A stretch of DNA of 38,022 bases, taken from Utricularia gibba. Its lineage: Eukaryota > Plantae > Magnoliophyta. The notes beneath the pieces were generated by a model. It was not told the DNA's origin. It did no database searches and was given only the letters and a program-made list of their open reading frames with translations. Positions 11,608 through 22,753 of the stretch are shown piece after piece. Made by a program: the position numbers and the translations under genes. Where the stretch lies: assembly GCA_002189035.1 (NCBI GenBank), contig NEEC01000063.1:1-38022 (forward strand). The letters run 5' to 3'. The stretch's first letter is position 1; each line of letters opens with the position of its first letter.

Positions 11608-13440
11608 ATGGGTCAGGGGCTGAGTTGCGGGAGAACTGAAGGGAAGGGTCTATTTCGCGCTGTTCAGATGGGGGATGTGGAGTTTATTGAACGAGTGGCG
11701 AATCGGGATGCATCCCTTGTTCGTAGTTTCGCATTGAGTGATCGTAACTCGCTTCTGCATATCGCTGCTGCTCATGGCCAGATCGAGGTTGTAACTTTTG
11801 AAATTGCTCTGTTTTTTTGTTTCTGGGTTTTCTTGATCTGTCGGGGGATTCATACTTTTATCGTTACCCGTTCTTAGATTCTTTCCTTTCTTCTGGAGTT
11901 ATCAGTGCAACCGGATGTGCCGAATAAGCAAAAGCAGGTAAAAGTACCATCTATAAGGCCATTAACGCCGTATGATTTATGTTTTGAGAGTTGTGGTTAA
12001 TTTTCTCAGACTCCATTGATGTTGGCTGCAATGCACGGCAAGATATCGTGTGTAAAGAAGCTCATTGAGGCTGGTGCCAATGTATGTGTCTGTAGATCTG
12101 TATCTCACTCTCCTGTTGGGTTCTCTTAAACTCATTGGTGCTTGCTTTGCATGTTATTCTGTTCTTGGGTAGCAGATTTTACTGTTCGATTCAGTGAATG
12201 GAAGAACCTGCTTGCACTATTCAGCTTATTATGGCCACGTTGATTGCCTAGACACCATTCTCTCCGTAGCCCGAACCTCTTCAGTTGCAGCTTCGTGGTA
12301 ACTGTCTACTGTAAGAAGCATCCATTTGGTCCAAAGAATGACAGTGATACTGATCTTCTACTGAAAAAACCTCAGGGGATTCTCAAGGTTTGTTAACATT
12401 AGAGATAGAAAAGGAGCTACTCCATTGCACCTGGCTGCGCGCCGCAGACACCCTCGATGTGTTCATGTGCTGTTGAACAACGAAGCACTTGTCTGTGCTT
12501 CAACCGGTGGATACGGGTATAGATCTGTTGCAGTAGAACTTGATCCTTCAGTGCTCCCTTTACTGTTGTTGGAGTAGTTTTAACAAGATGCTTGCAGCTT
12601 TCCTGGAAGCACGCCACTTCACTTAGCTGCAAGAGGAGGCTCTCTTGATTGCATCAGAGAGCTGCTTGCCTGGGGCGCAGACAGGCATCACCGAGATGCA
12701 TCGGGGTACTTCCATTTACGCTCGTTGGATCTGAAAACATGAATCTGTATAGGTACTATGATCTGAACTCTCATCTCTGCCATGTTGCATGGTTCAGGAG
12801 AATACCATATGCAGTAGCTGTGAGATACAACCACGACGCATGTGCTGCTTTACTGAATCCTTCCTCAATGGAGCCCCTCGTCTGGCCAACCCCTCTGAAA
12901 TTCATGCGTGAACTCAGCGAGGAAGCAAGAGCCCTTCTGGAGCAAGCTCTAATGGAGGCCAACAGGGAAAGGGAGAAAGCCATCTTAAGAGGAACCCCTC
13001 TCTCCATCCCATCTCCATCACCTTCCGATGATCTGATCAACGATGCTGCGACTGCTATTGCTACATCCCACCTCGATCTCTGCTCAATATGCTTCGATCA
13101 TCACTGCTCGATCCAGATCCAAGACTGTGGGCACCAGATGTGTGCGCAGTGCACTCTCGGCTTGTGCTGCCACAGCAAAGCAAGGCCTGCAAATGCTTCC
13201 CTCCTTCCTGCTCCTGTTTGCCCCTTCTGCCGCGGCAGCATCAGCAACCTGCTCATGGTTGCCAGGGTGGAGGAAGAAGGCGAAAGTGCGCACGAAGTGA
13301 GCTCCTCCAAGCCGCGAAAATCGTGCCGATCAAGCAGCTTCAAGAGCTTATCACTGAGTAAAACGGGCCGTGGCTCAGGCAGAGTCGCCGCCGATGTCCA
13401 GCTACTGGATAAGCCTCAGCCTTTAGGCCCTGATACATAG
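11608..13440 (+). CDS. XBAT31: Ankyrin-repeat RING E3 ligase, XBAT31 type
   Basis: Exons 11608-11787, 11878-11937, 12010-12081, 12176-12297, 12376-12516, 12598-12705, 12798-13440, all phase-consistent. N-terminal MGQGLSCG (myristoylation-type), ankyrin repeats (TPLMLAAMHG, GRTCLHY, GATPLHLAAR, GSTPLHLAARGG) and RING CSICFD...CGHQMCAQC...CPFCRG. Confidence 0.93.
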
Positions 13441-13872
13441 CAATATACGGACGGAAGATGCATTTTGTCGACGCTGCAACTCTTATAATATAATGGATTA
13501 AATTAAAATATTATAAAAATAAAATTAATTATTTATTTTTAGAAATGCTATAATTTTTTTAATAAAAAAATATGCCTCCACTCCTCGGCCTTCCGTACAT
13601 CTCTAATATTTTTTTTATTATTATTTCTAAATTTTGAATTATTTATGATTAACATTTTTTATTTCGGAATAAATAGTAGAATCCGAATTTTCTAATTATA
13701 TGAGAAATAATATAATATAAAAATAATATATAAAGTTTCATACCCACTTGAAATTTAGAATTTATAAATATATACGACAAATATTATATCTAATACCATG
13801 TAATAACTAATAATCAATACACAGAAAACATTGATAATATATGCACATTGTTGTGGCAATCTATATTCTATT

Positions 13873-14042
13873 GATATTTAGACCCAAGCTATTAGGGCCG
13901 AAGCCCCAATCGGCCCTAAGGGCTTAAAGCTTCGGGCCAGAAAGCCCGATAATTTTTCGGGTCATTAATATTTAGACCCAAGCTTTTTTTTTAGGGTCAG
14001 GCCGAGCCGGCCCACGGGCTTGGACTTTAACTTTCATCCCTA
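13873..14042. mobile_element. Truncated hAT-type MITE (right TIR only)
   Basis: Ends in AACTTTCATCCCTA, the same TIR as the elements at 15204 and 15564. GGCCC/GGGC-rich interior. Flanks ATTCTATT / GTTCTATT match 7 of 8. Left TIR not seen. Confidence 0.6.
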
Positions 14043-14469
14043 GTTCTATTAATTATAAAAGTATCAATAAAAGCGTTACAATAATATTTGGTCGTCATTG
14101 AGTTGAGCATGGATCAGGCCCATTTATAATTGGATCTGACGTTGAAATTTGGGTTTGCATATGGCCAGGCCCATTCTTCAAGATGTCTATCAGGCGAGTT
14201 GGGCCTTTGAATTTAACTGGACATTGGATTTGTGTGGCGCCGCACCCAACAGATGGCATTGTGGATTTTAATTTTAAAGTGGGTCTTAAAGTGGGTTAGG
14301 CCAGCCTGACCCGAAATTGGATTTGCATCTGCTATGGGAACGATTAATGTAGTTTACAATAAAACACGTTCAGTTCATTGTTTGATTTAATTTTGGGTTT
14401 GGATTCAATAATTTTTATAAAAATAACAATAATTTATATATATTATTAAAATAAAACACAAAAACAAGT

Positions 14470-15075
14470 ATGTGTACCAACAAGTGCCGAAGCCTACATA
14501 CAAAAAAACTTTTTGATTTTACTGCCCACACACGGACGGGTGGGTGTACTTCTTTTAATCGCGATTTCTATAACATATTCGGTGTGGCGACATCGAGTTG
14601 TAACTGCCCCACGGCAGAAAGGGCATCGTGAGATTCGTTGGGACCACGCCTGGCAGACATGGCCCTCGCCGCACTTCAAAAAAAAAAAGAAAATGTCTTA
14701 TTTATATAAAATAAAACTTAAATTTCTTACTGAAAAGATGGGCCCCCTCATCGGGCCCTCAAAACAGATCGGACAACTCAATATCTCGCCCGGTACTGTA
14801 TAAATATCTTTTGTCGACATTTTGTGATGCAATGTTTAATTTCACCCCACCCTCTTATATAGTGTTGAGAAGCAAAATTTATATAATGAAAAGTTTATAT
14901 TTTTTGAACCATATTACACTTAAATCATGCACATTACAAAACTCATAACATTGCGCTATTAATTCTAAAAAAAATTATAATATGTATTTTGCAATGAAAT
15001 TTTAATTCGGTGTATAACAAAATTCACTGTGTATTGTAACTAATTCTGAAAAAAATTGTAATATGTAATTTTACA
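14470..15075. repeat. Foldback element copy 1 (loop, right inner arm and right flank only; more diverged)
   Basis: Aligns by eye to ~19960-20480 and ~23170-23700, e.g. AAAAGATGGGCCCCCTCATCGGGCCCTCA and CTTATATAGTGTTGAGAAG...CATTACAAAACTCATAACATTGC. Boundaries approximate. Confidence 0.8.
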
Positions 15076-15203
15076 TGTCATTTTTTTCGAAAAAATTAAC
15101 TATGAAATGGCACAGAATGGGACGGGTACATAATAAAAATCTTGCACACCCCAAAAAGGCAACTTAAAAAATCAGGGAGATAGAAATAAATCTTACGTAC
15201 CAC

Positions 15204-15536
15204 AAAGGATGAAAGTTGGGTCGGGCTGGGTCAGCCCAACTCTAACCCAAAGGGTTCCTGCTAAATTTCGGGCTAAGGCCATATTGAAGCACGATTACAT
15301 ATAATCATAATTAATATGTTTCTAGCCCAATTATTTTTTTTGGCCCGACTAATCCAAAAAAATTATCCATCGTGCCCTAGACCCATCGGGCTTTTAAGCC
15401 CTAAACTCAACCAGCCCTAAGGCATTGGGGCCAAAAGCTCGATTAAATTTCAAATCGTCAACATATAAGCCCAATGTTGATATTTCTAATGCCGTGCCGG
15501 GCCGGCCCACTCTTTAGGTTTAGATTTTCATTCCTA
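15204..15536. mobile_element. hAT-type MITE
   Basis: TIRs AAAGGATGAAAGTT / GATTTTCATTCCTA. 8-bp TSD CGTACCAC / CGTAGCAT (6 of 8). Confidence 0.75.
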
Positions 15537-15563
15537 CGTAGCATCAATTAACCTTGTATTACG

Positions 15564-16120
15564 TAGAGATGAAAGTTGGGCCGGGCCGGCTGGGCCGACC
15601 CTATTTTAGAGGGGTCTCGACAAGTTTCGGGTTTAGGTTGGGTTTAAGTCCAATTACATAAAAATATGATTAATATGATCCTAATCTGATTATTCATTAA
15701 ATTGGATTGTCTCTACTTGACCCATGGATCTACCATATAATAAATACAATTTTTTAAAAAATTAATAAACATTAATACACATTTTAATATTATTTAAATA
15801 ATTTATAGAAAAAAAATAAAATTATTATATAAATTATTAATTCATATTATTTATCCTAAAAATAAAATATTGTATATAAAATGAATTTAAATTATTCAAA
15901 ATAAAAAAAATAATTATAATTATCATACATAAAACTTTATTTTTAAATTGGTACTAGGTCCATAGAACTTTTAGACCCGAAGCTCAATCGGTCCTAAGGA
16001 CTTAGAGTTTCGGGCCAAAAAATCCAGTCTTTCGGATCATCAATGTATAGGCTCAAATGCGATGTATTTTATGGCCGGATTGGGCTGGCCCACTTGCTTG
16101 GGCTTGAACTTTCTTCCCTA
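15564..16120. mobile_element. hAT-type MITE
   Basis: TIRs TAGAGATGAAAGTT / AACTTTCTTCCCTA. 8-bp TSD GTATTACG / GTATTAGG (7 of 8). GGGCC-rich subterminal regions with an AT-rich core. Confidence 0.85.
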
Positions 16121-16593
16121 GTATTAGGGAAGACATGCAAGAAGACGAATTTTTGGGATTCATCAGAATTTTTTAAATACCTAGTGTGTGGGGACGGCCC
16201 CATAGGCAGGCCATCCGGGTGTATTACAAATATCACACGGACTGGCGGGATGACCCACTCGGAAATGCCGCCACGTGGAGCACGTCATAAAGAATACCCT
16301 TTGACAAAAGTCACCTCGGGTTCGTCCTGCTAATAAAGGAAAATCCAATTAATACTTGTACAAAAATGTTATATTTTTTTTTCTGTGAATATTACATCAA
16401 TTTTCGCAATCTAATTCCTAAACCCACAACAAGGTAATGAAAACATACTCTACCCAATGTGGACCTTGTATTTCAAAATAACGATTCCCGTGTTGTATAA
16501 TATCAATCTCGATAAACTGATTGTACATCAAAACTTGACCACTATCTTTTAGAATATAGATAAATGGATGATGACCTTTTAACACTTGCTCAC

Positions 16594-17619
16594 TGTTAAG
16601 TGTTATTTTTTTACTAATTCTTAGGTTATTTTTATGCTTAATTATGATTAGGATTGTTTAATTAAAAGTCTATAATATGAGATTTAGGTTTTTATCTAGT
16701 TTAGAGTAATTATACTAAATCTTGTATTTTATGTAATAATTTTACTAATTTTAATTGAGTTTTTCTAGAGTTGCACACGTGGCAGGAAGTAAGAGAAAGA
16801 GGGTATTAGATGGTGACAAATTGAATCTTCACGAACTGACATTCCCTTGATTTCCGGAAGATTGCAGACGCCTAATCATGAGCCTTGGCGTGCGGAACAT
16901 GGGAGTTTTTGATAGGCGGCATCATTAGCGTACCAGTGTCAGACGTTGCTTGCAAGTCATCCCAAATTCAGCAGAATCATAGGGCATGAAAGCTTAGACT
17001 CTTAATGAAGTTCAGTTTTGATCAGACAAGTTTAGTTTACTTCAGTTTAGTTTTCCCTCTTGTTTTACTCTCTCTAGAGGATTTTTCTTCTAGCTTCTCT
17101 TTGGAACTTTGTTTGTGTTTCCTTTATTTTGTATGGCCGTTCGTGGCTAGAACTTTCGTTTCTGGTTGGAACACCCCCAGATCTATGTTTCGTTAGCTTA
17201 TCTTCACACTTTCTCTGAATCCGAACGGATTTCGTATGTCTTCGCGTGACTATATTGCAGTCTTTCTGTAACAATCCTTTTATTCAATATTCATGGTTAG
17301 CTGATCACTACTCGTGGATTTTAGAGAGGAACAAGGTGGAAAGCACCAACTCCAGGTAGTGACCTTGTATTTGGAAGACAACGTTTTGTCTGTGGCCGCA
17401 CCTTAGAATCAATGGGCAGGTAGTGACCTTGTATTTGGACTCATTGGGTCATTAGCAACACTCGGGCACACGCGCGCAATTCGGCCGTGAGGGTACGTTG
17501 GAAGGACCTCTTATTCTCAAGTTCATCCAAGGAGGAGCAACATCGGGCTATTCCCGTGCCTTCTTGCAAGAGAGTGTAAGGGAGAATAGGCAATTCCTTA
17601 CTCCTATAACCGAGTACTC
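16594..17619 (+). mobile_element. LTR-like sequence, copy 1 (3' truncated)
   Basis: Starts TGTTAAGTG. Colinear over about 1 kb with 21397-22431. Homology stops at ACCGAGTACTC, where unrelated sequence begins. Confidence 0.7.
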
Positions 17620-19260
17620 AAGTCTTGATGCTTTCGCGAGATTCCTTATTGGCCTATGGGATTCTGGGTCGCAATCGAGATGGACAGTGGCCCGATTTCC
17701 TCATTCCTCTAGGTTCCGACTTGGAGTACCGACTTCTTTTGCAATCTCCACACAACGTTCCCTCTCATTCCACAGCGTCTCCCAATTCTGACCCAATAAT
17801 CCCCTCCCCTCTAATCCGGTTCCCGAAACCTCTGCTCAGCCTTCAACTCAAAAGAAAAGAAAAAGGGTTAAGGTTTCCGCGTAGAAACCTTCTAAGAAGC
17901 ACAGAGGTAGCCGGGTTTTGCCTCCCCGAGTTGCAATATTTTTACTTCATTTCACTGTCCTTTCAATTTTCGTATGTAGCTGAGGAGATGGCATGGAGAA
18001 TTGCCTTAGAGGATTTGATGATGGCCCGTTTATCTACCAAGATGCAGAGGATGCAATAATCTGATGCCGCCGCTTCCGTTCAGGTTCTATTTATATGAAC
18101 CGTTGTAATGAATTCCCGATTCTAACCCTTTTCAATTCTTCTTCTAGGCTGGTTACCCGGAAGTTCAATTGGATGTCGGCGATCACCTGTCAAATGGGGA
18201 TCAAATAATTGAGGTTTCCGGGACTCGGGAACCGACTCCTCCTCCCCCGACGGGAAAGGGAAAGGGGAATCTCTTCCCTTCTTCTGAACCTGTCGAAGTC
18301 CCGATTCTCGGCACGGGGCTCTTTTCGCCTGGCGCCTCTACATCGGCCCCCCCCAAATGCGAGACAGAGGGACTCTCCTCCTCCAATTGAGATAAGGCAT
18401 GATCATGCTCTTCCCCCTTCTTTGGTTCCTCCTGAGCTGCGATGGGCCTTGGAGGAGGCGACCTCGAGTTTTTCGGAGATCTAGCCGGATATTATACTTA
18501 AGGGGATCTGGTAAGTATTCTTCTTCTCCTTTCTCGGAGTTGTTCGTAATCAGTTCCTTATCTGATGATTTCTTCTAAGGCTTTAACCTTCGGATGGGGG
18601 ATGGCGAAGGAGATCGAGTCCCATTCGGAGGAAGTTTCCTGGCTTCAAGCCTATATCGTGGCTTAGGATGCCAAAGTAAAACTGTTGGAGGAGGATGGGA
18701 GTTCGCTGAGAATGGTTCTAGGAAAGCGTACTCATCGGGAGGAGGAATTGCAAAGTGTAGTAGACGAAATGAGGTGATCGATGACGCCAACTCCGAAAAG
18801 GAAAGGTTCAAAGTAAGGTTCGAGGAGGCGGAAGCAAACTAAAGCACGCTAGGGACTGCATTGCGGCCTTGGAGGCCGAATTGCTTAACCAAGAAGCGTC
18901 TCAGCGAGGCCTTCTAGACGACTTCGTCAATTCAGCCTACTTCTCTGAGCTGTCCAACATTTACGCTAGGGACTTAATTGGGCTGCTCTTGTATCGGTAG
19001 AGGAGCCAGTTTAGCCGGGAATTTGGGTTGTCGATCACAGATCCATGCTTTGACAGGATTAACCCCTTGATGAAGGACGAAAACATGTTGGATGTGATTG
19101 GGGACTTAGTTTTATTGATGTTTTGGGGGTGCTTCCCCCCTTCGCATTTGCCTTGATTTCTTTTAACTTTCTCGACTCGAATGTTGTATGTTACTATTTT
19201 GTTGTTTTCAGTGACAAACGATTGGATATAATGTGGAGTATAGTTGTATTCAATACAATT
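17620..19260 (+). mobile_element. Decayed internal fragment of a Ty3/gypsy (Tat/Retand-like) retroelement: spliced accessory ORF remnant
   Basis: GC-richer segment with broken ORFs: MLSRDSLLAYGILG, a P/S-rich low-complexity region, then a coiled-coil-like part (EVIDDANSEKERFKVRFEEAEAN, ...QRGLLDDFVNSAYFSELS). Three short GT-AG intron-like segments. No gag/pol motifs seen, so the lineage is inferred from resemblance only. Confidence 0.5.
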
Positions 19261-19399
19261 CATTTTCTTTAAAGGTTCAATATAGTGTTTTTATTATTTG
19301 AAAATATGAATTTTTGAAATTTGAATAAATAGTTAATGTAATAATGAAATTTTTTAGAAAATAAATAAATAATTTAAAATCAACAAAAAATTATGAAAA

Positions 19400-20855
19400 T
19401 GCATAAATTATAGGATAATGTTGTTTAATATTGATTATAAACTTATCAAAAAATAAATTATCATTTCATAATAATACATCGCAATCAGTTTGTATAATGG
19501 ATAATCTTTATTTAATAATTTTAATGTTACAAATATAGATTTTTAAAACAAAATTCATTTATGTAAATATTACAAAAAAATTTGTACAGAAATGTTTTTT
19601 TATGATATTTTTATTGTATATTAAAAATATTAATTATGATATTTATAATATAATATATACATATAAAAAGTAAGATGTATAGTTTTATAAATTCTAATAT
19701 ACACATTTCACATGATAAATAATTTTCTAAAGAGTGTTTTTCACAATGGTAATTTTTCAAAATGACTCACGGTCGCATAGTGTGTGAGCCCTACTTACAC
19801 CGACTTGCAGGATGCCTACTGCGTCGTGAGCCTATTACCACTAGATATCGACATATAGAGCCTGTAATAGAAACGGCAATTCAACGGACACATAGTCGTC
19901 CACGTGTGGATATGAAAATGAAAATAGACTAGTGGTTGTTTTTATGTAAACTAGTATATATAGCACCAGATGCGAAGCCTATATAAAATCAACTAGTCTA
20001 TTTTCATTTTATTATCCACACATGGACTGGTGGGTGTCCTTCCTTGAAGCCGCGTCTCTATCACATGCTCTGTATGCCAGCATCCGGTGGTAACTGGCCC
20101 CTCATTACACTTTCAAAATATAAATTGTTAATTCATGATTCTATTAAATATTCTTACCCAAAAGATGGCCCCCTCATGGGGCCCTCACAGCAGATTGGGT
20201 AGTTGAATAACTTGACCGCCAATGCATAAATTTCATCTGCCTACATTTTGTGATGCAAGGTTTAATCATCCCACCTTCTTATATAGTGTTGAGAAGAAAA
20301 ATCTATATAATAAAAAGTTTATGTTTTTTGAACAATATTACACTTTAATCATGCGCATTACAAAACTCATAACATTGCACTAGTAATTCTAAAAAAAATT
20401 GTAATATGTATTTTGTAATTTCACTTTAACAAAATTCGCTATCTTGTTTAAATAATCTATAAAAAGTTGTAATATACGATTTTCTATACTTGAACAAAAT
20501 TACTAAGAAATACCAAAAATGTTAGAAAAATTTCTATAAATTATTTGAAAGTCAGGGGCAAGGAATGAAGTGAATGGATGGGTAAAAAATTTCTATAGAA
20601 CGTTTTGTACTAAATATTCATATTTCTAGAGATTACAATACTGAATGTGGTTTTTAGTGATATTTAAATAAATTAATTTTGCTATGAAAATCTATATTTG
20701 TAATACTAAAACTATGAAATAAAGATTATTCATTAAAAAAATGAATTAGTTTTCATTATTGAAAAATTATAATATATTATTATAAAACGACAATTTATTT
20801 TAGTGATAAGTTTATAATCAATATAAAAAACATTGTCGTAAAATTAAATGAAATA
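19400..20855. mobile_element. Foldback element copy 2 (most complete): ~200-bp outer inverted repeats plus an inner ~270-bp hairpin
   Basis: Outer arms ~19400-19600 versus ~20645-20855, e.g. ATTGATTATAAACTTATCA / TGATAAGTTTATAATCAAT. Inner arms ~19830-19933 versus 19992-20100, including a perfect 19-bp IR AAAATGAAAATAGACTAGT (19915-19933) / ACTAGTCTATTTTCATTTT (19992-20010). No TSD identified. Confidence 0.7.
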
Positions 20856-21396
20856 TAACAAGAGTTTATGGTATACGAATTAAATTAGATGAAATTTAAA
20901 ATAACAATTATTCTGGATTTTAATAATCTATTCAATTTTAAAAAATTCTTATTTTAAAATACCCCGAATAAAACAAGAAAGAATTAAAAAATAGTAAAGT
21001 AAGTTGCAATGTGCTAGAACATTACGACATGTGAATTGTATAAGAATGTATACTCATTATCATTGCTTAATTGTGATGACTATGGATCCTTGGAAAACCC
21101 TAAAACCTCAATGATTTTAAATAACACAACTCTAATTCGTAATTATTCAATTTAATGATGATATTTTACATGTAAAAAAGTTTAGAAGTTAAATATTACT
21201 TAGAATCCATAACATCAAAACAAATTTATATACATTATCACAAATTAAGCCTAATAAAATTTGGTATACATTTCTAAAAGAAATATTATAGTTTATATTC
21301 TTAAATTTCAGAAATAGCCTAAAAATTTATCTTTTAAAAGTTTTTTTTATAAATACTATCTTTTCGTAATTTACCAAGTTTTCAATCATCCAATAT

Positions 21397-22753
21397 TGTT
21401 AAGTGTCATTTTCTTACTACTTCTTAGGTTGTTTTTATGTTTAAATGTAATTAAAAGTATTTAATTAAGAGTATATGATATGAGATTTAGGTTTTTATCT
21501 AATTTAAGGTAATTATCCTAAATCTTGTATTTTATCTAATAATTTTGTTAGTTTTAATCAAATTTTTCTAGATTCACACACATGGCAAGAAGTGAGAGAA
21601 AGAGGGCAGTAGATGGCGACAAATTGAATCTTCTGAACTGAAATCTGCTTGATTTCCGTAAGATTGCAGACACCTAATCATGAGCCTTGACGTGCGGAAC
21701 ACGGGATTTTCTAACAGGCGACATCATTAGCGCACCAATGTCACAGTAGACGTTTGCTTACAAGTCATCCTAAGTCCAGTAGAACCACAAGGACACGAAA
21801 ACTGAGACAAGATGGTTCAACTCAGTTCAGTTGGAGGAAGCAGAGAGTAGAGTAGTTAGTTTAGTTTAGACTTTTGTTTCTCTCTCTAAAGTATTTTCTT
21901 CTAGCTTCTCTCTAGAATCTTGTTTTCGTTTCATGTAGTTTGTATGGCCATTCACGACTAGAAACTTCTGTTTCTGAATGAGGATACTCCAAGATCGATA
22001 TTTCGTTAACTTATCTTCATCTCTTCTTTCAATCCGAACGGGTTCCGTATGTTTTCGCGTAACTGTATTATAGTCTTTCTATAACAGTCCCCTTATTTAA
22101 GATTCATGGTTAGCTTATCACTACCCGCGGATTTTGAAGAGGAGTAAGGTGGAGAGAACCAACTCATGCCCTTTTGGCAGGAGGAAGACAACGTTTTGTT
22201 TGTGGCCGTACCTCAAGATTAATGGACAGGTAGTGACCTCGTATTTGTACTCATTAGGTCATTGGCAACACTCGGGCACATGCGCGCAATTCAGCCATGA
22301 GGGTATGCTGGCAGGACCTCTTATTCTCACGTTCGTCCAAGGAGGAGCAACATTTGGCTATTCCTGTGCCTTCTTGCAAGAGAGTGTAAGGGAGAGGGTA
22401 GACAATTCTTTACTCCTATAACCGAGTACTCGAGAAGACCAGGGAAGAGTGAAGATGCAACGAGCATAGCTGGACAGGATTCCAAACCAAGGAACATTTA
22501 CTTTATTTAAGGTTGATCGCTTACGTTTACTTCTGCTGTTTGTTTAAAACTCTCTTACCCCTTACTCAATCTTCATCATTTACGTTTCTCGCACCTTTTA
22601 CTTCCAAACCCGTTTATAAATCGTGACAGTTATATTCGGTGTACCTCATCTTTCACTTAAAAACAACTCCCTGTGTTTGACACCCGTACTACGCTTTTAT
22701 GTTTTATGAGTTTTAAAAATATTTAAATTTGTTGTGGAAAACAACACACATCA
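21397..22753 (+). mobile_element. Full-length solo-LTR-like sequence, copy 2 (TG...CA)
   Basis: Begins TGTTAAGTG and ends ...ACACATCA. Its 3' part has CTCCCTGTGTTTGACACCCGTACT, resembling gypsy (Athila/Tat-type) LTR ends. Flanking 5-mers AATAT / TGGAT do not match. Confidence 0.7.

Noticed and set aside
14230-14250. TGGCGCCG resembling a retrotransposon primer-binding site
   Set aside because: Not adjacent to an LTR end and too short to be significant.
14494-14679. RING-like fragment derived from the neighbouring XBAT31 RING (shared CPFCRG)
   Set aside because: XBAT31 has a long insert between the second and third Cys pairs (CAQC-TLGLCCHSKARPANASLLPAPV-CPFC), whereas the fragment has 6 residues. 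Any parent must be a different RING gene.
13860-16130. GGGCC/GGCCC-rich repeats as a CRISPR-like or regulatory array
   Set aside because: No constant repeat-spacer periodicity. They are subterminal motifs of hAT MITEs in a eukaryotic genome.
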